The translations under genes and the position numbers were made by a program. A stretch of DNA of 15,696 bases from Octopus sinensis (Eukaryota), in the NCBI RefSeq assembly GCF_006345805.1, contig NW_021825424.1, positions 1 through 15,696 on the forward strand, in the 5' to 3' direction. Under the pieces are notes generated by a model. It searched no databases, was not told the origin of the DNA, and saw only the letters and a list, made by a program, of their open reading frames with translations. Of the stretch, positions 9,477 through 15,696 are shown piece by piece; position 1 is the stretch's first letter; each line of letters opens with the position of its first letter.

Positions 9477-9710
9477 AAGGGTGGCGAGCTGGCAGAAACG
9501 TTAGCACGCCGGGTGAAATGCTGAGCAGTATTTCGTCTGCCGCTTCGTTCAGAGTTCAAATTCCGCCGAGGTCGACTTTGCCTTTCATCCTTTCGGGGTC
9601 GATAAATTAAGTACCAGTTACGCACTGGGGTCGATGTAATCGACTTAATCCGTTTGTCTGTCCTTCTTTGTTCCCTCTGTGTTTAGCCCCTTGTGGGTAA
9701 TAAAGAAACG
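9477..9710 (+). mobile_element. Family C SINE (type-1 tail), up to 18-bp TSD
   Basis: GGTATATATCTAGTTCGG 9459-9476 vs GGTATTTATCTAGTTCGG 9711-9728 (1 mismatch; the first bases overlap the SINE end). Confidence 0.93.
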
Positions 9711-9811
9711 GGTATTTATCTAGTTCGGTACTCTGCTAATCCACTGGCTTAAATTTGTTTTGCTTCAATCCTTTCAATTAGCTTTTAGAGAAGGAGAGAG
9801 AGAAAGAGAGT

Positions 9812-9995
9812 ATTTCTTTATTCACCATAAGGTTGAGAAAAGAAGGGGACAATACGGGGACAGACAAAACAAACGTTGGGGTCAGGGTATCGAATGAGAC
9901 GAAACGTATGAATAAACAAACAATTAAAATATATACAATTAAATGAGAATGAGTGATTAACAAAAAATGAAGCGGAGGACGCGGTTGACCCCACA
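9812..9995 (-). mobile_element. LINE-like 3' end (family E) abutting a (GA)n tract
   Basis: The reverse strand ends TTGTCTGTCCCCGTATTGTCCCCTTC..CCTTATGGTGAATAAAGAAAT. The upstream boundary is uncertain. Confidence 0.55.
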
Positions 9996-10411
9996 AACCA
10001 CAAACTCACACTGATGACTTTGCTTTCTCCTTTTTTATATTCTCGATTAAACAGGTTCTTTCACTCGCAACATACTTGCTATATACTTAGAGTCAGACAG
10101 ACAGAGACAGAATGTCTGTGTGTGTGAGAGAGAGAGAGGGGGGTTAGTAGTAATATAGAGCGTCGCAGATGAATGATATTGACATGTCTGAGATCGAGCA
10201 GCACGTCATGAAAGACCGAATTATGAGCTTGCTGCCACATCATGCCTTTGCCATCGGGAGTATTTTGTTCTTTCATGTCTAACAGCAGAGGCCTTTACTC
10301 TAACAACGTAAACTTCCGTGTTTCATGACGAAGAAATGATCAAAAGACATTTTCGCCATTAAGCTCCTTGGTCATAACGCTGTTCCTAATCATCTCTTCT
10401 AATTTACACTT

Positions 10412-10788
10412 AGTAGGAGCACTCCGTCGATTACGACGATGAGGGTCCCAGCTGATACGATCAACGGAACAGCTTACTCGTGGAATTAACGTGCAAGTGG
10501 CTGAGCATTCCACAGACACGTTTACCCTTAACGTAGTTCTCGAGGAGATTCAGCGTGACACAAAGTGTGACAAGGCTGGCCCTTTGAAATACAGGTACAA
10601 CAGAAATAGGAAGAAAGAGTGAGAGAAAGTTGTGGTGAAAGAGTACAGTAGGGTTCACCTGCAGGAGCCTTGTGAAGCTTTAGGTGTTTTCGCTCAATAA
10701 ACACTCACAATGCCCGGTCTAGGAATCGAAACCGCGATCCTACGACCGCGAGTCCGCTGCCCTAACCACTGGGCCATTGCGCCTCCAC
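10412..10788 (-). mobile_element. Full-length family B1 SINE, 10-bp TSD
   Basis: Reverse complement is colinear with 5323-5710; TSD ATTTACACTT at 10402-10411 and 10790-10799. Confidence 0.93.
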
Positions 10789-11430
10789 TATTTACACTTC
10801 AGTTCACTCTTGAATCTAATTTTCTAATTCGATACTATTTGGCAAAATGTTGTCGACTGTACTCTAATTGCACTCTTTAGGGTACTCCGTCATTTATTGT
10901 TGACAATTACCTCAATCAACTTCTGTTTATATCATTCACTAATTCGGCAGCTCTACGCTTTGCTCGTCGAGAACTACGTGTTCAACTTCCAATACTCAGG
11001 GTCTCTGTCTTTGCAGCCAATCTAAGTCAACCATGCAGATTTCTCCATGTGGTAACTGTCGTCACTAAAATCCCTAACTGAACAAAACAACAACTACTTA
11101 ATACACATGTCTTGTCTGCTCTAGCGCGTGGAGCATATAAGGAAAGAATCGTTTTGGTCCCCAGCAAAAGTATACATGTGACCCGAACTGACCAAGGAAG
11201 GCCCAAATATTCTTGCTAAGAAGTCATGTTTTAAACTTCTTTTAAATTCTCAAAACTCAAACTTTGTACATTTGAAGATGCAAAGCCGAACTGTACCTAC
11301 GAAACGTTAAGTAATCTAGAACTGAACCAAGCAGTTGACTGCATTCGATACTTACAACTCTAAATGTGTTGAATTCTACTCTCCCTCTCTCTCTCTCTCT
11401 CTATCTTATCTCTCTCCCTATATATATAGA

Positions 11431-11880
11431 TGCATATCTGGGTGCAGGACGTCACCAATGGTTCAAATAGCATGAACTACGTAAGCAACAAGAAAAATGG
11501 AAAACAGGACAAGTAAACACAGAGAAAGGACCCATTATCAGTTGTCGGTTGTCTATCTACCCCTCATTTCGAGCATTCACCGACAATATGAGTCTTCAAA
11601 GACAGTTGCTCCCATAAATTCCAAAATAAAATTTAGGATTTACGGAGGGTCAAACTTGGGAACATAAAAACGACAGTGGAGACATACAAGAAACCGAACG
11701 AATACAAACATGGAGGGTCGTTAGTCCAGAACGAGAGGAAAATAGTGAACGCTGGGAGAAACATATTTTTGTAAAGAGAAAAGCTCAAAGAGAGTGATAA
11801 AAATACGTTTGTTTTTTTTAACATCCTTGCAGGAAAAGAAAGAGGGACGATGGTTACGTGTGAACAACGAGAGAAAGAGA
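11431..11880 (-). mobile_element. Probable interspersed repeat carrying a hammerhead-like motif (Penelope-like remnant suspected)
   Basis: Bounded by (CT)/(TA) and (GA) microsatellites and contains the motif below. The association of hammerheads with Penelope-like elements is established, but only one copy is in the window and the boundaries are approximate. Confidence 0.4.
11528..11592 (-). ncRNA. Hammerhead-ribozyme-like motif, non-circularly permuted; core variant CUGAUAA
   Basis: Minus strand: CTCA-TA-TTGTCGGT-GAATGCTC-GAAA-TGAG-(13 nt)-ACCGACAA-CTGATAA-TGGG. Stem I is 8 bp perfect; stem III is CTCA/TGAG plus the U16.1-A15.1 pair; GAAA is intact; stem II is weak. Confidence 0.6.
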
Positions 11881-12099
11881 AAGAGAGGGAGAGAGAGAAA
11901 CAGATAGAAAACTGTGAAGTAGAGAGGGAAAGAAAAAGGGAATTATAGAAGGATGGAGGAAGAAACATGTTTACATGTTTATGTGTGTGTGTGTGTGCAT
12001 ACACTCATACACATATACATACACAATTATAAGTAAATACAATTAAAATGCGTGGACAAGGAAAAACAAAAAATGGACAACCTATCCACACATGAGAGA

Positions 12100-12590
12100 G
12101 GAACCTTCATTTATGTTGAATCAGAGAACCTTACAACTCTGACCCCTTGGCGCTCTTGGTTCTTATATCCCAATTCTTACATTACATTTCTAATTTTTCC
12201 TTTTCGGTCAGATCATCCACATCATCCAGGTCATCTAGCAGACTTATCTAAGATTCGTCTTTGATACAGGCGCCTATGCATTTCCTATCATCCCTGTGAG
12301 AACTTGTCTACTCCTTGTTGGCCAAAGATGCCGTTAGCTTGATTCTGTTCCTCTCTCGCGCCTTTCTTCTTAATTTTGCAGTCACTTGCCGCTCCGATTT
12401 ATCTTCTATTTGCCCTTCGTTGTCGCAAGATAATGGGTTGTTACTACGAGGAGAAAGCCCTTGACGTCATAGTAGTCGATTGAAGGCACTGAGAATGAAG
12501 CAATTCATTCCACCATATCCTTGCCCTGAAAGACGATGCTGAACAAAGCTCAGGAGTACCACCGAGGTATACCTGGTGGTGCAGTAGACA
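12100..12590 (-). mobile_element. Decayed L1/Tx1-clade LINE ORF2 fragment (endonuclease C-terminus and linker)
   Basis: One minus frame gives GQGYGGMNCFIL (compare GxGYWKLNxSLL of L1/Tx1) and, ~47 aa later, RKARERNRIKLTASL (compare L1 RKQERSKIDTLTSQL); about 6 stops in ~144 codons. Similarity judged by eye. Confidence 0.4.
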
Positions 12591-12624
12591 CTCACATAAA
12601 TCTATTGAAAACATGGTGATATAT

Positions 12625-12685
12625 AATATGCCACAAGGGGAATGGAAACGAGAAAGGGACGATGATGAAGAAGACCAAAGATACA
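12625..12685 (-). mobile_element. Diverged E/C type-1 tail fragment
   Basis: GCCACAAGGGG..AAAGGGACGA..AAGACCAAAG resembles CCCACAAGGGG..GAGGACAAACAAGGACAGACAAA. Confidence 0.35.
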
Positions 12686-13155
12686 TAAAAATAATAAACA
12701 AAGATGAAGTAATAACATTGAACTACAATATCAACGATAACAATCACAACAACATACACTGACTAAATGCACAAGATTGCATCTGTGTACGTGACACATA
12801 ATCTTTACACGAGGCATCACGAACAAATGTCTTTTCAAAATTCAAGGCCAAGCTGTATTCTGTTCGGTTTTGTTTGTTTGTTTGTTTGTTGATTTGTGTC
12901 GTTGAGGGGGTTTGTTTGGTTTTTTTTTTTTGTTTTTTTTTGGGGGGGGGATTTTTTTGCCGACCTAACTACTTCTGTTTTTTCTAGAGTCTCCGTACTG
13001 TTCTGTGCAGTGTGTGATAACAACAACAACAACAATATGTATTATGAGTTGCTTTTGATACAGGTGATGTCCAAACAACAAGGTCAAATTCTGTTTATGA
13101 CCCATTACCGTCTGACTGCAAAAGAAATGATGAACGCCACTTAGAATCGCAACAG

Positions 13156-13280
13156 GTTGCTGTTGTTTTTAGCATCAGATCAACCCTAATTTAGCAGGAC
13201 TATGTTAAAAGATCTATCCATGACATTCACCTTTTTCAAGTGTTGTTTATACCGGACTATGTTGTCCATTGTATCTTCTC
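13156..13280 (-). mobile_element. Family D old retroposon 3' end
   Basis: Reverse strand ends GGGTTGATCTGATGCTAAAAACAACAGCAAC, like the other D copies. Confidence 0.55.
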
Positions 13281-13763
13281 AAGACTGTGTAGAATGATTT
13301 GCAGGCCGTGCAATTAAAGGCTCCATCTGTTGCCTGTCTACAAAATGTTTCATAAAGATGTCGTTGGTCTCCAGAACTTGTGGCAATGAACGGACGAGAG
13401 ACGAATATTCTCGCTACCTCTTGGAATTTAGTACTGATGAAACAGTCGATAGCATAACAGACAGATAAGCGACCCCAAAATTGCTGGTAAACGTCTTGTC
13501 ATAGCCATTCATAACCATTCTATTGTTGTAGTCGACGGTATTTCCAAGGTTTCTGTAACTGTGACACTATTCGCTAGTGAGTTTGAGAGTTTGATTACTG
13601 TGGAGAAAGAACCATAGGTTCGATTTCCTGATGTGGCTTGGTTTTCAAAGCCTTGCATCCATGGCACAACGGTGTTGAGATGACGAGATGCTTTCATATT
13701 GCAGAGTTATGCTGGAGTTGCAGTTTCTTGTAATCTACACTGGAACATTTTTCTCAGTGTGCC

Positions 13764-14067
13764 GGCACTCCGTCGGTTACGACGACGACTATTCCAGTTA
13801 ATGCGATCAACGGAACAGCCCGCTCGTGAAATTAACGTGCATGTGGCTGAGCACTCCACAGACACATGTACCCTTAACGTAATTCTCAGGGAGATTCAGT
13901 GTGACACAGAGTCTGACAATGCTGGCCCTTTGGAATATAGGTACTACTCATTATTGCCAGCTGAATGAACTCGAGCAACGTGAAATAAAGGTCTTGCTCA
14001 AGGAGACAATGCGTCGTCGGAAATTATACTCACCACCTTACAATCGTGAGCCGAATACCCTAACCAC
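13764..14067 (-). mobile_element. Family B2 CORE-type SINE
   Basis: Reverse strand GTGGTTAGGGTATTCGGCTCACG..TCCTTGAGCAAGACCTTTATTTCACGTTGCTC.., then the shared B tail ending CGTCGTAACCGACGGAGTGCC. Confidence 0.9.
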
Positions 14068-14069
14068 CA

Positions 14070-14123
<54 letters not shown>

Positions 14124-14322
14124 TTTCTACGATAGGGACAAGGCCTGATTTTTAGGGAGGGGAATAGCCGATTACATTGAGCCCAGTACTTAACTGGTAC
14201 TTAATTTATCGACCTCGAAATGATGAAAGGCAAAGTCGACCTCCGCGGAATTTGAACTCTGAATGTAAGGATGGACGAAATGTCGCTAAGCATTTTACTC
14301 GGCGTGCTAACGGTTCTGCCAG
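14070..14322 (-). mobile_element. Family C SINE with type-2 tail and (ATT)18 terminal repeat
   Basis: (AAT)18 at 14070-14123; core and B box on the reverse strand; the extreme 5' end is replaced by a (GT)n microsatellite. Confidence 0.9.
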
Positions 14323-14326
14323 TGCG

Positions 14327-14357
<31 letters not shown>

Positions 14358-14447
14358 TGTGTGCGTGTGCGTGCGTGCGTGCGTGTGCGCATGTGAGCGT
14401 ACATTTACACGTGCGTTTGTATATATATATATATATATATATATATT
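14323..14447. repeat. (GT)n/(GCGT)n then (TA)n microsatellite
   Basis: Direct reading. Confidence 0.93.
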
Positions 14448-14871
14448 GATTGATAACTTAGGAAAAGGAAGACAGTACCGGTAACTATTTTCAGAGTCTC
14501 GGTGACTCCTAGTGGGAAGGGAAGAAATTAATTTCGACTCACAGACCTGGTACACAAAGCAGGAGGTTTTGAAAACCGAACTTTTAATAGGATCGAACTT
14601 CCCCATACTAATCAAACTCACTGGCGAATATGAGTGATAGTTTCAGAAACGTTAGCCACATCCTCCACAATGACAACCGAGTGGTTGGAACAGGTCGAGA
14701 ACCTGAAGCAGAGCAGAAGCGGACTTTGATTAAGTTCTAGAGGGCAATCGATGAAGCCTATCGCCTAGAAAACATCCACCTGTCAAACTTTTGCATAGTT
14801 TCTGTTTAGCGTATTCTGTTCACATGACCTTGGTTGATGCGAAGTTACCATAAAATACACATTGCGTTTTT

Positions 14872-15441
14872 TAATCTTTTGTACTGCGTGCACAATGCCT
14901 GAAATTTGGGGGAGGAGACTAGTCGATTACATTGACCCCAGTGCTCAAATGGTACTTATTTTATTGACCCCGAAAGGATGAAAGGCAGAATTTGAACTCA
15001 CAATGTAGCGACAGGCGAAATACCTATTTCTTTACTACCCACAAGGGGCTACACACAGAGAGGACAAACAAGGAAAGACAAACGAATTAAGTCAATTATA
15101 TCGACTCCAGTGCGTAACTGGTACCTATTTAATCGACCCAGAAAGGATGAAAGGCAAAGTCGACCTCGGCGGAATTTGAACTCAGAACGTAGGGGCAGAC
15201 GAAATACCTGTTTCTTTACTACCCACAGGGAGCTAAACACAAAGAGGACAAACAAGGACAGACAAACGGATTAAGTCAATTATATTGACTCCTGTGCGTA
15301 ACTGGTACTTATTTAATCGACCCAGAAAGGATGAAAGGAAAAGTCGACCTCGGCGGAATTTGAACTCAGAACGTTGCGGCAGACGAAATACCGCTAAGCA
15401 TTTCGTCCGGCGTGCTAACGTTTCTGCTAGCTCGCCGCCTT
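14872..15441 (-). mobile_element. Trimeric family C SINE: one head, two 184-bp body+type-1-tail units, final body+type-2 tail
   Basis: Junction GAAATACC at 15017, 15201 and 15385 (period exactly 184); single head at 15391-15441. Confidence 0.92.
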
Positions 15442-15450
15442 AGTTAGCCT

Positions 15451-15637
15451 TAATAATCCCTTTTGCTAAAAGCACAAGGCCTGACTCCTGTATTTCACTG
15501 GTACTTAATTTATCGACCCCGAAAGGATGAAAGGCAAAGCTGACCTCTGCAGAATTCGAACTCAGAACGTAGCGACCGGCGAAATACTGCTAAACATTTC
15601 GTCCAGCGTGCTAACGTTTCTGCCGGCCCACCGCCTT
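15451..15637 (-). mobile_element. Family C SINE, type-2 tail with ~30-bp deletion
   Basis: Reverse strand AAGGCGGTGGGCCGGCAGAAACGTTAGCACGC..GAGTTCGAATTC..; tail AGGCCTTGTGCTTTTAGC. Confidence 0.88.
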
Positions 15638-15640
15638 CGC

Positions 15641-15696
15641 AATCCTTTCTACTACAGCACAAAGCTTGAAATATGGTGGGGGGTGTTCAGGGCTAG
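15641..15696 (-). mobile_element. Type-2 tail of a further family C SINE (continues past the window edge)
   Basis: AATCCTTTCTACTACAGCACAAAGCTTGAAAT matches the type-2 tails starting at 14872 and 15451. Confidence 0.65.

Noticed and set aside
8680-9900. Possible local segmental duplication (C plus E pair occurring twice, ~860 bp apart)
   Set aside because: The two C copies have different TSDs and the sequence between C and E is unrelated, so they are independent insertions.
10011-10020. Other CTGATGA heptamers (10011 and ~13434)
   Set aside because: No matching GAAA strand or flanking stems found.
10079-10400. Coding-looking segment (MKEQNTPDGKG.. on minus; MNDIDMSEIEQH.. on plus)
   Set aside because: Stops interrupt the extended frames, there is no convincing splice pair, and I recognise no domain.
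12556-12582. Imperfect palindrome GTACCACC-G-AGGTATACCT-GGTGGTGC
   Set aside because: Single short occurrence, no terminator or other functional context, and it lies within a probable LINE fossil.
13064-13155. Possible 92-bp exon (TTTGATACAG acceptor; DVQTTRSNSVYDPLPSDCKRNDERHLESQQ)
   Set aside because: The donor GTTGCT is weak and belongs to a repeat tail; a 30-codon open frame is expected by chance; no recognisable protein. Only spliced RNA-seq reads would rescue it.
14450-14870. Unique segment with short frames (MTTEWLEQVENLKQ.. on plus; MSLISMGKFDP.. on minus)
   Set aside because: Short, not recognised, and without strong splice signals.

Overview
Non-coding, repeat-saturated eukaryotic DNA. 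The SINE families and microsatellite density point to a coleoid cephalopod, most likely Octopus (inference). No protein-coding exon is supported: the listed ORFs are microsatellite or SINE read-throughs. The window holds four tRNA-derived SINE types, which I label A, B1, B2 and C; they share and swap modules and several have clear target-site duplications (TSDs). It also holds a (CAA)n-tailed old repeat (D), LINE-like 3' ends (E), two non-autonomous DNA transposons nested with SINEs, a probable decayed L1/Tx1 ORF2 fragment, a ~28-bp minisatellite and many microsatellites. The most unusual signal is a hammerhead-ribozyme-like motif on the minus strand (11528-11592) whose three core strands lie in a non-circularly permuted, pseudoknotted order; this copy has a G8-to-A core change. 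The second is an exact 184-bp-period SINE trimer that switches 3' tails (14872-15441). All calls were made by eye, with no database search.
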